Shown here piece by piece: positions 19,185-28,393 of a stretch of DNA of 64,000 bases (its first letter is position 1; every line of letters starts with the position of its first letter). The DNA is taken from contig CAVUWD010000016.1 in assembly GCA_963745025.1 (NCBI GenBank), forward strand, positions 928,001-992,000, given 5' to 3'. The notes beneath the pieces were generated by a model. It worked only from the letters and a program-made list of their open reading frames with translations, searched no databases and was not told the DNA's origin. Position numbers and translations under genes: made by a program. Origin of the DNA: an uncultured delta proteobacterium. GTDB taxonomy: Bacteria; Desulfobacterota; Binatia; JACPRU01.

Positions 19185-20110
19185 CGTCCGAGCTCCCGAA
19201 GAATCTCCCGGCCCCCCCGAGCGAGAAGCTCTTCCGCGAGCGATCGGCCGATTGCCTCCCCCTCCGTTCTCTTGCCAGCGCGCGAGCCGCGAATCAGACG
19301 GCGCCCATCGGCATCGCCGATCGCGGCCTCGAGCTGGAGTGCTCCGTCGGTGACGGTCGCGTGCGCGGCGATCGGCGTCGTGCAGTCGCCCCCCATTCCC
19401 GCGAGAAACGCGCGCTCCGCCGAAACCGCGTCCCGGGCATCCTCATTCTCGAGCGCGCGCGCGAGCGCCCATCCGCGACCGCCGGGCCGCGCCTCGATCG
19501 CCAGCGCCCCCTGTCCAATGGCGGGAAGCATCTCCTCCGTCGACAGGCGTTGCGCCTCCGGAACCGCAAGGCCGAGACGGCGCAGTCCCGCGCCCGCCAG
19601 GACGATCGCGTCGACCTCGCCGGCCCGCCACTTGGCGATTCGCGTATCGACGTTTCCCCGCATCGGCACGACGCTCACGTCCGAACGGACGTGGCGAAGG
19701 AACGCGCCGCGGCGAAGGCTGCTCGTCCCCACCCGCGCACCCAACGCGAGACCCGCTAGGCCACCGTTCGCGCGCGCAATCAGCACGTCGCGCGCATCCT
19801 CTCGCGGGGGTACCGCGGCGATGTCGAGGCCGGGAGCCAGCGTTGCCGGAAGATCCTTCATCGAGTGGATACCCACGTCGATTCTGCCGTCGCGAAGCGC
19901 CTCCTCGATCTCTTTGACGAACAGTCCCTTGCCGCCGATCTCCGCAAGCGAGCGCGTCTGGATGCGGTCGCCGCTCGTCTTGATGCGCACAATCTCTGGC
20001 CGGAGGGCGGGCCAGCGCGCACGCAGCTCTGCGCTGACCCATTCCGCCTGACGAACCGCGAGCGCGCTGCCGCGCGTACCGAGCCGCAGGCCGCCCTCCG
20101 GCTCAGTCAT
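19181..20110 (-). CDS. hemC: Hydroxymethylbilane synthase
   Basis: GTRGSALA, GKGLFVKEIE, HSMKDLP, GTSSLRR and GGDCTTPI motifs. Confidence 0.97.
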   Translation of the reverse strand: MTEPEGGLRLGTRGSALAVRQAEWVSAELRARWPALRPEIVRIKTSGDRIQTRSLAEIGGKGLFVKEIEEALRDGRIDVGIHSMKDLPATLAPGLDIAAVPPREDARDVLIARANGGLAGLALGARVGTSSLRRGAFLRHVRSDVSVVPMRGNVDTRIAKWRAGEVDAIVLAGAGLRRLGLAVPEAQRLSTEEMLPAIGQGALAIEARPGGRGWALARALENEDARDAVSAERAFLAGMGGDCTTPIAAHATVTDGALQLEAAIGDADGRRLIRGSRAGKRTEGEAIGRSLAEELLARGGREILRELGR

Positions 20111-21386
20111 CGTCGTCGTCCAGACCGAATAGGCGGCGCGCGGCCAACAGGTCGCCGCCCTCCGGACTCTTCACCCGCTTCAAGCGTGAGATCGGCTCGT
20201 GGAGGAGCTTGTTCATGATCGCTTCCGCCATCGCCTCGATCGACTTTCGCTCGACCTCGCCTAGATGGCGGAGCGATCCGAGCGTGCGCTCGAGCTCGCG
20301 ACGGCAGATGCGCTCCGCTCGGCCCCGCAGCTCGACGATCGTCGGCACCGTGTCGAGATTCTCGAACCAGCGCCAGAACGACTCGACCTCGGACTGGACG
20401 ATCTCCTCGGCACGCTGCGCCTCGCGCTCCCGTTCCCCGCGGTTCTCGCCGATCACGCCCTCGAGATCGTCGATGTCGTAGAGGTAGACGTTTTGCAGGT
20501 CGTTGATCCGCGGGTCGAAATTGCGCGGCACGCCGAGGTCGATGAGGAACGTCGGCCGGTAGCTCCGCTCGTGCAGGGCGTCTCGAACCTGGTTTTCGCT
20601 CAGCACGAAGTCGGTCGCTGCGGTCGAGCCGATCACCACGTCGGCGAGCGGCAAATAGCGAACCAGCTCTTCGAACGGCACCGGAGCGGCGTGAAACTCG
20701 CGTGCCAGCTCGACCGCGCGGTCGAACGTGCGATTGGCGAACATGAGGCTGCCGATTCCGCGGTCGCGGAAATGCCGGGCGGTGATCTCCGCCATCTTTC
20801 CGGCGCCGATCACCAGCGCCGTCTTGTCCCCGAGCGACTCGAAGATCTGCGTCGCCAGCTCCACGGCGACGGAGCTGACCGACACGTTCTTGGCGCCGAT
20901 CCCCGTCTCGTTGCGCACGCGCTTGGCCACGAAGAAGGACTTGTGGAAGACGCGGTGAAGGATGGTGCCCGCGGTCCCCGCCTCGACCGCGGCCTCGTAG
21001 AACTCCTTGACCTGGCCGAGGATCTGGGGCTCGCCCACCACCATCGAATCCAGGCTCGACGCCACGCGGAAGAGATGGCGGACGGCGGCACGGTCCTCGT
21101 GCAAGTAGAGATGCGCGCGCAGGTCCTCGTGGCCGAGACCCCGGTCGTCGGCGATCGTTCCTGCCACCGCGCTCGGATCGACTCGCTCCGGATCGCCGTA
21201 CGCCAACATCTCGACTCGATTGCAGGTCGAGAGCAGCGCGCACTCTTGGATGCCGGGGATTTTCTCGAGAAGCTTGCGAGCGACGTCGCCCGCGGTGCCA
21301 TTCGCCAGAGCCAAGCGCTCGCGCAGATCGACGGGGGCCGAGTGATGCGAGAGCCCGACGAGCCAGAGCTTGCGACGCGTGGTCAC
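20103..21386 (-). CDS. hemA: Glutamyl-tRNA reductase
   Basis: LSTCNRVE, SLDSMVVGEPQILGQVK, GAGKM and DLGVPRN motifs. Confidence 0.97.
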   Translation of the reverse strand: MTTRRKLWLVGLSHHSAPVDLRERLALANGTAGDVARKLLEKIPGIQECALLSTCNRVEMLAYGDPERVDPSAVAGTIADDRGLGHEDLRAHLYLHEDRAAVRHLFRVASSLDSMVVGEPQILGQVKEFYEAAVEAGTAGTILHRVFHKSFFVAKRVRNETGIGAKNVSVSSVAVELATQIFESLGDKTALVIGAGKMAEITARHFRDRGIGSLMFANRTFDRAVELAREFHAAPVPFEELVRYLPLADVVIGSTAATDFVLSENQVRDALHERSYRPTFLIDLGVPRNFDPRINDLQNVYLYDIDDLEGVIGENRGEREREAQRAEEIVQSEVESFWRWFENLDTVPTIVELRGRAERICRRELERTLGSLRHLGEVERKSIEAMAEAIMNKLLHEPISRLKRVKSPEGGDLLAARRLFGLDDDDD

Positions 21387-22201
21387 GACCCGAAGGTCCC
21401 CCCGTGGCGTCCCGAGGAGAACACGTTGACGCCGACGAACGACACGAAGAGGACGGCGAAGCTGACGATCGTCAACGTCGCCGCGCGCCGTCCGCGCCAG
21501 CCGATGCTCCGTCCATGCAGCAGAACCGCGTAGAGGATCCACGTGATCAGTGACCACATCTCCCGCGCCTCCCACGACCAGAAGCGTCCCCAGGCGAAAT
21601 GCGCCCAGATCGCCCCGGTGACGATCCCCAGGGTGAGCAGCAAGAATCCCCAGGAGAGCAATCGGTGGTTGAGCGCGTCGAGTCGCTCGAGCGACGGCTG
21701 GAGGAGGCGCCGTGCTGGCCGCTTGGCTTTCAACCGGTTGTCCTCGAGCACGTAGATGAGGCTGGTCGCGAAGGTGAGCGCGAAGACGGCATTGCCGAGG
21801 AACGCCAGCGTCACGTGAACCGGGAGCCAGGCGCTGCGCAGCGCGGGCGGGAGCTCGGTCGCGCCCGAGGAGATCAACACCGCCACGGCCATCAACAGCG
21901 AGGCGAGCGGTGCGATCACCGCGCCGAGCACGGCGAGCACGTGACGTCTGTCGAGCAGTAGATAAAGGATCGCCAGGCTGAAGGCCAAGAACGACAGCGC
22001 TTCGTCGAAGCTGGCGACGGCGATGTGACCGAGCTCGAAGGAGCGGCCGGCGATCGCGAAGCCGTGGACCGCCGCAGCGCCGGCGAGAAGGAGCGGTGCC
22101 CGTAACCGCCAGCGCTCCTCTGCGGTGATCAGGTAACCGATGAATCCAGCCGCTGCGGCCAGGTAGAGAAGTAGGGCGATACGCGGGAGCAAGAGTTCCA
22201 T
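21383..22201 (-). CDS. ccsA: Cytochrome c assembly family membrane protein (CcsA/HemX-like)
   Basis: Multi-TM protein; WLPVHV and the WWD-domain GAIWAHFAWGRFWSWEAREMWS. Confidence 0.85.
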   Translation of the reverse strand: MELLLPRIALLLYLAAAAGFIGYLITAEERWRLRAPLLLAGAAAVHGFAIAGRSFELGHIAVASFDEALSFLAFSLAILYLLLDRRHVLAVLGAVIAPLASLLMAVAVLISSGATELPPALRSAWLPVHVTLAFLGNAVFALTFATSLIYVLEDNRLKAKRPARRLLQPSLERLDALNHRLLSWGFLLLTLGIVTGAIWAHFAWGRFWSWEAREMWSLITWILYAVLLHGRSIGWRGRRAATLTIVSFAVLFVSFVGVNVFSSGRHGGTFGS

Positions 22202-22210
22202 GGGGTCGGT

Positions 22211-22876
22211 CTAGACGAGCTCGACGCCGAGCGCCTCCAGCGTCATACCGTCTCCCGCCAGTGAAGCGAGCAGCGTGTCGATTCCTGCGCGGTCCTTCGT
22301 TCGCACCCGGTCGACGAGCCCGGCTTCTGCGAGATCGCGGAGAACCCGGCGCCTGTCGGCGATGGAGCGCGCGTCGCTTCGCAGACGCTCACGCACGCGC
22401 CGGAGAATCGACAGGGCCACGCCGTACTCGCAACCGATGTCTGCACGCAGCCGGTCTCGTACGAACGCGGCGAAGGCGGGGGAGGCTCCGGAAGTCGACA
22501 CGGCGATCTGTAGATCCCCGTGCGCGAACACGGCCGGAGCGATGAAGCTCGAGAGCTCGGCGCGATCAACGACGTTGACGAGCACTCCGGCGCGCTCGGC
22601 GTCGGCGGAGACCGATCGGTTGACGTCGGGATCGTCGGTTGCTGCGACGACGAGGTGAAAGCCGCGAACGTCCTCGGCAGCGTATGCTCTCGCGACCAGA
22701 GCCACGACGCCCTCCGTGACCAGACGGTGAATCGGCTCGACCACACGCGGCGCCACGACGGTCACCCGAGCCCCCGTTGGCAGTAGTCCTTCGATCTTCC
22801 ACCGGGCCACGTCCCCTCCGCCGACCACCAGCGCCGGACGCTCCCGAAGGTTCAGAAATACCGGATAATACGACAC
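22211..22876 (-). CDS. Precorrin-2 dehydrogenase / sirohydrochlorin ferrochelatase (SirC/CysG N-terminal-like)
   Basis: YYPVFLNL, VVGGGDVA, AATDD, VNVVD and AVSTSGASP motifs. Confidence 0.9.
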   Translation of the reverse strand: MSYYPVFLNLRERPALVVGGGDVARWKIEGLLPTGARVTVVAPRVVEPIHRLVTEGVVALVARAYAAEDVRGFHLVVAATDDPDVNRSVSADAERAGVLVNVVDRAELSSFIAPAVFAHGDLQIAVSTSGASPAFAAFVRDRLRADIGCEYGVALSILRRVRERLRSDARSIADRRRVLRDLAEAGLVDRVRTKDRAGIDTLLASLAGDGMTLEALGVELV

Positions 22877-22885
22877 GAGCCTACT

Positions 22886-22913
22886 ATCCTAGCACCGCTG
22901 CGGAGGGAGTAAA
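22886..22913 (-). promoter_or_regulatory. Putative extended -10 promoter of the heme operon (near-leaderless)
   Basis: TGC-TAGGAT ends 9 nt before the GTG start; TTTACT further upstream. Confidence 0.4.
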
Positions 22914-23050
22914 ATTTGACCGTACCCGTCCATGTGGGTCATTTTGGGATCGGAGCAGATGGTGAAGGGCGCGTCGCGGCATCATCGGGATCGTTTTCCT
23001 CGCTCCTAAACCACCTGTGGGCAAACAGTTCCGATAAGGCCGCAACGTCG

Positions 23051-24307
23051 GTGGATTCGATTGCCAAAACGACCCACTGCCCACCCGTCATCCTGCATGC
23101 CGACATGGATGCCTTTTATGCCGCGGTCGAGCAACGCGACCGTCCGGAGCTCACCGGTCAGCCGGTGATCGTCGGCGGCCTCGGCGCTCGCGGGGTGGTC
23201 ACGGCGGCCTCGTACGAAGCGCGTCCGTTCGGCGTCCACTCCGCCATGCCGATGGCGGAGGCTCGCCGACTTTGTCCGCAGGCGATCTTCGTACCCGGAC
23301 GGATGGCACGCTACGCTCAGGTCTCGCGGGAGATCTTCGCCATCTTTCGAACCTTCACGCCGCTAGTCGAGCCGCTCTCACTCGATGAAGCGTTCCTCGA
23401 CGTGACTGCTTCTCTCTCGCTCTTCGGGGCACCCCTCGACCTCGCTCGTCGCCTTCGCCAGCGGGTGCGCGAGGAGTGCGGCCTCGCGGTCTCGGTCGGC
23501 ATTGGTCCAAGCAAGATGGTGGCCAAGATCGCCAGTGCGATGTGCAAGCCCGACGGCTTGCTCGAGATCTCGCGATCGGACGTCGAAACCTTTCTGCGGC
23601 CGCTTTCCGTTGGCCAGCTGTGGGGGGTCGGGCCTGTCATGCGCGCGGCCCTCGAACGTGCCGGAATCACGACGATCGGGGATCTCGCCGCCACCGCCGC
23701 CGACCGCTTGCGCCGGATCGTCGGCCGGCAGGCGCCGACGCTCGCCGCAATCGCTCGCGGCCACGACCCGCGGCCGGTCGATCCGAACCGCGAGCGGAAG
23801 TCGTACGGTGAGGAGAACACCTTCGCGCGCGACATGGTCGACGGCGACGAGCTCCGCCGCACGATCGTCGCGCACGCCGAGGCGGTCGCGGCGCGACTGC
23901 GCGCCGACGAGTGCCGAGCGCGCACGGTTGTGCTGAAGCTGAAGCTCGCCGAGCGGCTGCGGCCGGGAAAATATCCGTCGCTGACGCGAAGTCGCACGCT
24001 CGCCGCGGCGACCGACGATGGCAGCGCCCTCTCTACGGCGGCGCTTTCGCTCTGGGAAGAGGTCGGGCCCGGCAAGCGAATCCGGCTGATCGGGATTTCG
24101 GCGACGAACCTCGAGCCGAGCCGCGGCCAACAGCTCTCGCTTCTCGACTTTCGCGGCGGCGACAATCGCGTCGCCTTGAACCGCGCGCTCGACGAGATCT
24201 CCTCTCGCTTCGGTCGCGAGGCGCTGCGACGCGGCGGTGTGACGGTCGAGCGAGCCGCGCCGACGTTGGCGATCAAGGACCGCCGCACGCGACCGCCCGA
24301 TTCCTAG
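23051..24307 (+). CDS. dinB: DNA polymerase IV
   Basis: ILHADMDAFYAAVEQ, ASYEAR, SAMP, SLDEAFLD and KPDG; start codon uncertain. Confidence 0.95.
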   Translation: MDSIAKTTHCPPVILHADMDAFYAAVEQRDRPELTGQPVIVGGLGARGVVTAASYEARPFGVHSAMPMAEARRLCPQAIFVPGRMARYAQVSREIFAIFRTFTPLVEPLSLDEAFLDVTASLSLFGAPLDLARRLRQRVREECGLAVSVGIGPSKMVAKIASAMCKPDGLLEISRSDVETFLRPLSVGQLWGVGPVMRAALERAGITTIGDLAATAADRLRRIVGRQAPTLAAIARGHDPRPVDPNRERKSYGEENTFARDMVDGDELRRTIVAHAEAVAARLRADECRARTVVLKLKLAERLRPGKYPSLTRSRTLAAATDDGSALSTAALSLWEEVGPGKRIRLIGISATNLEPSRGQQLSLLDFRGGDNRVALNRALDEISSRFGREALRRGGVTVERAAPTLAIKDRRTRPPDS

Positions 24308-24355
24308 TGCTCCCTTTCGGTTGGGGTAGGCATTCGTGTCACGGATCGCTTCCGC

Positions 24356-24456
24356 CGCGAGGTCGTCTCCAACCGCACAGCCTGCTGAGTTAAGCGCTCG
24401 TCTAGCCTCGCTCCCGTTGGTCGCGAGGTCGTCTCCAACCGCACAGCCTGCTGAGT
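24356..24456. repeat. Two identical 35-bp direct repeats at 66-bp period, same family as the repeat inside mutM
   Basis: CGCGAGGTCGTCTCCAACCGCACAGCCTGCTGAGT at 24356-24390 and 24422-24456. Confidence 0.9.
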
Positions 24457-25853
24457 CAGCCCGTGGGGATCTTCAGCACCTGCCCGGCGCGAAGCCGCTT
24501 CGCGTCGCGCAGACCGTTCGCCCCCTGGATCGCGGCGACCGTCGTCCGATAGCGCTTGGCAATCGCGCCGATCGTTTGCCCTCGCGTGACGCGGTGAGCG
24601 ATAAAGAATCGGCGTTGCTGCGAGAAGCGCTCGGTGGCGGGCAGATCGACGTAGGCGGCGCTGAACTCTTTGGCTCGGCCGGCGGGAACGCGGATCGCGT
24701 AACCCTTCGGCACGTAGAGCTTGCCCTCGATGACCTCGTTGGTGAAGCGTGGGTTCAAGGTCTCCAGCTCCTCGACACTGCACCCCGCGAGCTTGGCAAC
24801 CGTCGAGAAGCGCAGGTAGTCGTGGGTGGTGACTTCCTGGTACAGGAGGCGCGGCTCGAACCTCACCTCGCCGAAGTGGGTCTTGTAGTCGCGCTCGACC
24901 TCGAGGGCCGCCAAGAACTCCGTGTAGAAGTTTCGTGAAGCGAATCCGAAGGATTTGCCCTGGTAACGCTTGATGATCGTCACGATGTCGCTCGAGCCGG
25001 TCTCGTTCACCGCCCGCGCGACGCCGGCGCGTCCATGGTTGTATGCGGTGATCGCCAACGGCCAACTGTCCAGCACTGCGTAATCGTCGCGCAGATGATG
25101 AGCCGCCCCGAGCGTCGCGTAGATCGGATCGCGGCGCGAGTCTTGGACCTCGTTCAGCTCGAGATAGATCCGCGCCGACGAAGGAATGAACTGCCAGATC
25201 CCAGCCGCCCCGACCTTCGAATACGCATGCACGTTGAAGCTCGACTCCACGAACGGGAGGCGCGTCAGCTCCACCGGCAGTCCCTCGCGGCGGAAGATTT
25301 CTTCCATTTGCGGCAGATAGCGCCGCGAGACCTCGAGCCCACGGCGAAAGCGCTCGCGCAAGCCCTGCTGGGTGCGCACGCGATCGCGAGCCTCGGTGAA
25401 TTTCTGCGCGCCAGTGACGTCTTTGAAGAGGTTCCAGATGTCTCGCTCGAGACCGCTGAGATCATCCGGCGAAACCCCGCCGCGCGCGAGCCGTCCGAGC
25501 GCCTCGTCGACGCGATCCATCTCCTGCTGCTCGCGGCGATGCCGCTCGCGGCGCAGCGTCTCGTCGTCCGCGCCGCTAGCGGCGAGCGGCCGGAGGTCGA
25601 TCACCGTGTAGATTTTGTCTAGGTAGAGGTTGTCGTGAACGACGACCTGGTTCTCGGAATACTCCGCGAAGACCTTCTTCCAGAACTCGACCTGGGTGGC
25701 GAGCCCCGTGGGCTTCGGGAAGTCTCCCGGCGCGCCGAAGGCGACCACCGGGACGAAGAAGCACACTGCCAAAACAATGCTGGCAAATCTTCGAACGGGT
25801 TTGGAAGGACGCGTTCTAATGCTTGCCAACGACAACTCCCCTCGCAGCCTCAC
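24456..25853 (-). CDS. Lytic transglycosylase (SLT) with C-terminal LysM domain, MltD-like
   Basis: LPFVESSF, GAAGIWQF and AITAYNHG; LysM HRVTRGQTIGAIAKRY...LRAGQVLKIP; start uncertain (25772-25853). Confidence 0.88.
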   Translation of the reverse strand: MRLRGELSLASIRTRPSKPVRRFASIVLAVCFFVPVVAFGAPGDFPKPTGLATQVEFWKKVFAEYSENQVVVHDNLYLDKIYTVIDLRPLAASGADDETLRRERHRREQQEMDRVDEALGRLARGGVSPDDLSGLERDIWNLFKDVTGAQKFTEARDRVRTQQGLRERFRRGLEVSRRYLPQMEEIFRREGLPVELTRLPFVESSFNVHAYSKVGAAGIWQFIPSSARIYLELNEVQDSRRDPIYATLGAAHHLRDDYAVLDSWPLAITAYNHGRAGVARAVNETGSSDIVTIIKRYQGKSFGFASRNFYTEFLAALEVERDYKTHFGEVRFEPRLLYQEVTTHDYLRFSTVAKLAGCSVEELETLNPRFTNEVIEGKLYVPKGYAIRVPAGRAKEFSAAYVDLPATERFSQQRRFFIAHRVTRGQTIGAIAKRYRTTVAAIQGANGLRDAKRLRAGQVLKIPTG

Positions 25854-25916
25854 CCCACATCCCTTGTAACAATCGGGGGCCGCGGAATCAACGTCGAACG
25901 TCGCCTCAGGCTGCTC

Positions 25917-27464
25917 GTGGTAGCACTTTTCATCGTCTGGACCGCGACGTCGGGGTGCTCGGGTCGCCCGCGTCGGGCCGAGACCCTGGTGGTCGGCCTC
26001 GAGGCGATGCCAACCGATCTCGATCCCCGCTTCGCCACCGACGCCGCCTCTTCGAGGATCGACGATCTGGTCTTCCGCGCGCTCACCCGGCTCGACGAGC
26101 ACCAGGAGCACGTCCCTGACCTCGCGGTCGATTGGCGATTCGACGCGCCGCTCAGCGTGCGCTTCCAGATCCGCGCCGACGCGACCTTCTCCGACGGCAG
26201 CCCGCTGACGGCGGCCGACGTCCGCGCCACGTACGAGTCGATCCTCGATCCGAAGACGGCTTCGCCGAAGCGGGAGGAACTCGCTTTCCTCGAATCGCTC
26301 GATACGCCCGACGATCACACGGTGCGGTTTCACCTGAAGGCGCCTTTCGCACCGTTTCTGGAGGCCACCACGATCGGTATCCTGCCCCGCTCGCAGCTAG
26401 CCTCGACCGAGCGCGTGCGGATCGGCTCCGGCGCCTACCGCATCGTCGGAATTGCGCCCGATCGCGAGGTGCAGCTCGCCAGCCGAGCCGAGCATCGGGG
26501 AATCCCGGAGATCCGCTTCCGCGTCGTTCCCGACGATACGGTTCGGGCACTCGAACTCGCCAAGGGCACGATCGACCTGGTCGAGAACGCCGTCGAGCCC
26601 GAGAACGTTCGCTGGCTCGAGGGGCACTCCGAGACGTGCATCCGGCGCATTGCGGGAACGACATTTCAGTACATCGGCATCAACTTCGAGGATTCTCACT
26701 TGCGGGATCTCCGCGTCCGCAGAGCGATCGCGCAGGCGATCGACCGCCCGTCGTTGATCCAGCACCTGCTCGGCGGAGCGGCGCGCCCTGCTGGCGGGCT
26801 ACTCGCCCCCGAGCATTGGGCGTACGAAGACGACGTGAAGAAGTATTCGTATGACCCCGCGGAGGCAAAGCGACTTCTCGATGCCGCGGGCTACCCCGAT
26901 CCGGACGATGACGGCCCGGCGGTCCGCTTTCGACTCTCGTACAAGACCTCCACCCTCGATTCGCGCCGGCGCATCGGGGAAGCGCTACAGGCCATGCTCG
27001 CTGCCGTCGGGATCGGTCTCGACGTACGCAGCTTCGAATGGGGCACCTTCTACGACGACGTCCGTCGCGGCAACTTCCAGCTCTACTCGCTCGCCTGGGT
27101 CGGCGTGAGCGACCCCGATTTCTTCTTCACCATGCTCCACTCGACGATGACGCCGCCGCGGGGCAACAACCGCGGCGGCTACGTGGACCCCGAGGTCGAC
27201 CGCCTCACCGAGCTCGGCCGGCGGACGCTCGACGCGGCGCAACGCCAGAAGATCTACGCAGCGGTCCAGCACCGCGTCGCCGAGGAGCTGCCTTTCATTC
27301 CTCTCTGGTGGACGGACAACGTCGTCGTGCAGAGCGAACGGCTTTGCGGATTCGTCCCCTATCCGGACGGGAGCCTGATCTCGCTGACGACCGCCTGGCT
27401 CCTCACGGCGCCGAATTTCCCGCGGGGGACCGGCTCCACGCCCTGCGGTTGCGGGCATTCATGA
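25917..27464 (+). CDS. Peptide/nickel ABC transporter substrate-binding protein (family 5)
   Basis: TSGC lipobox-like site, LDPR, FSDGSPLTAADV and DLRVRRAIAQAIDR; start approximate. Confidence 0.88.
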   Translation: MVALFIVWTATSGCSGRPRRAETLVVGLEAMPTDLDPRFATDAASSRIDDLVFRALTRLDEHQEHVPDLAVDWRFDAPLSVRFQIRADATFSDGSPLTAADVRATYESILDPKTASPKREELAFLESLDTPDDHTVRFHLKAPFAPFLEATTIGILPRSQLASTERVRIGSGAYRIVGIAPDREVQLASRAEHRGIPEIRFRVVPDDTVRALELAKGTIDLVENAVEPENVRWLEGHSETCIRRIAGTTFQYIGINFEDSHLRDLRVRRAIAQAIDRPSLIQHLLGGAARPAGGLLAPEHWAYEDDVKKYSYDPAEAKRLLDAAGYPDPDDDGPAVRFRLSYKTSTLDSRRRIGEALQAMLAAVGIGLDVRSFEWGTFYDDVRRGNFQLYSLAWVGVSDPDFFFTMLHSTMTPPRGNNRGGYVDPEVDRLTELGRRTLDAAQRQKIYAAVQHRVAEELPFIPLWWTDNVVVQSERLCGFVPYPDGSLISLTTAWLLTAPNFPRGTGSTPCGCGHS

Positions 27465-28393
27465 ACGCGGTCCTCCGGCGAGCCCTGCTGGCCTTGCCCA
27501 CCCTCTTCGGCGTGGCGACACTGGTCTTCTTCTTCATTCATCTGATTCCCGGCGATCCCGTCGACGTCATGCTCGGCGAAGCCGCCTCGGCGGCCGATCG
27601 CGTCCGCTTGCGCGCGGCCCTCGGCCTCGATCGTCCGCTCCTCGAGCAATACGTGGGCTTCCTCGTCCGCGCGGCGCACGGCGATCTTGGCCGCTCGCTT
27701 CGCGACGGGACGCCCGTCTCGGCGCTCATCCGCGGACGGCTGCCGGCCACGCTCCTGCTCGCGGCGGCGGCGGGCTCGATGGCGCTCGCGGTGGCGATTC
27801 CGCTGGGCGCGATCTCGGCGCGCCATCGCGGCCGCTGGCCGGACAGCGCGGCGATGGGATTCGCTCTACTCGGCGCGTCGTTGCCAAACTTCTTCCTCGG
27901 CCCTCTGCTGGTATTGCCGTTCTCGGTTTGGCTTGGCTGGCTACCGGTGTCGGGAGCCGACTCGCCGGCGAGCCTCGTTTTGCCCGCCGTCACGCTCGGC
28001 CTCGGCATGTCGGCAATCCTCACGCGCCTGGTGAGAGCGGCCGTGCTGGACGCGCTCTCCGCCGACTATATCCGCACGGCCCGCGCCAAAGGTCTCTCCG
28101 AGCCCGCCGTATTCCTGCGCCACGCCCTGAGAAGCGCGCTGCTCCCCGTCGCCACGATCCTCGGCCTGCAGATCGGCAGTCTCTTCGGCGGCGCGATCAT
28201 CACCGAGACGATCTTCGCTTGGCCCGGGATCGGCAGGCTGACGCTGCAGGCCATCGACAGTCGCGACTATCCGCTCGTCCAAGGCTGCGTGCTCGTCATC
28301 GCGTGCGGCTACGTCGCCGCCAACCTCCTCACCGACCTCGCCTACCAGCGGCTCGATCCCAGGGTTCGCTTCGGCCGACGGGAGGCGCGATGA
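27461..28393 (+). CDS. Peptide ABC transporter permease (DppB/OppB-like)
   Basis: LIPGDPV, DYIRTARAKGL, ITETIFAWPGIG and LDPRV motifs. Confidence 0.92.
   Translation: MNAVLRRALLALPTLFGVATLVFFFIHLIPGDPVDVMLGEAASAADRVRLRAALGLDRPLLEQYVGFLVRAAHGDLGRSLRDGTPVSALIRGRLPATLLLAAAAGSMALAVAIPLGAISARHRGRWPDSAAMGFALLGASLPNFFLGPLLVLPFSVWLGWLPVSGADSPASLVLPAVTLGLGMSAILTRLVRAAVLDALSADYIRTARAKGLSEPAVFLRHALRSALLPVATILGLQIGSLFGGAIITETIFAWPGIGRLTLQAIDSRDYPLVQGCVLVIACGYVAANLLTDLAYQRLDPRVRFGRREAR

Noticed and set aside
23015-23028. LexA/SOS box upstream of dinB (CTGT...ACAG)
   Set aside because: Spacing is CTGT-N6-ACAG rather than the canonical N8, and the LexA motif of this lineage is unknown to me.
24356-24456. 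CRISPR array (35-bp repeat, 31-bp spacer, 66-bp period as in type II arrays)
   Set aside because: Only two repeats, no cas genes and no AT-rich leader. The apparent spacer is itself homologous to the repeat unit inside mutM, so it is part of the element rather than acquired DNA.
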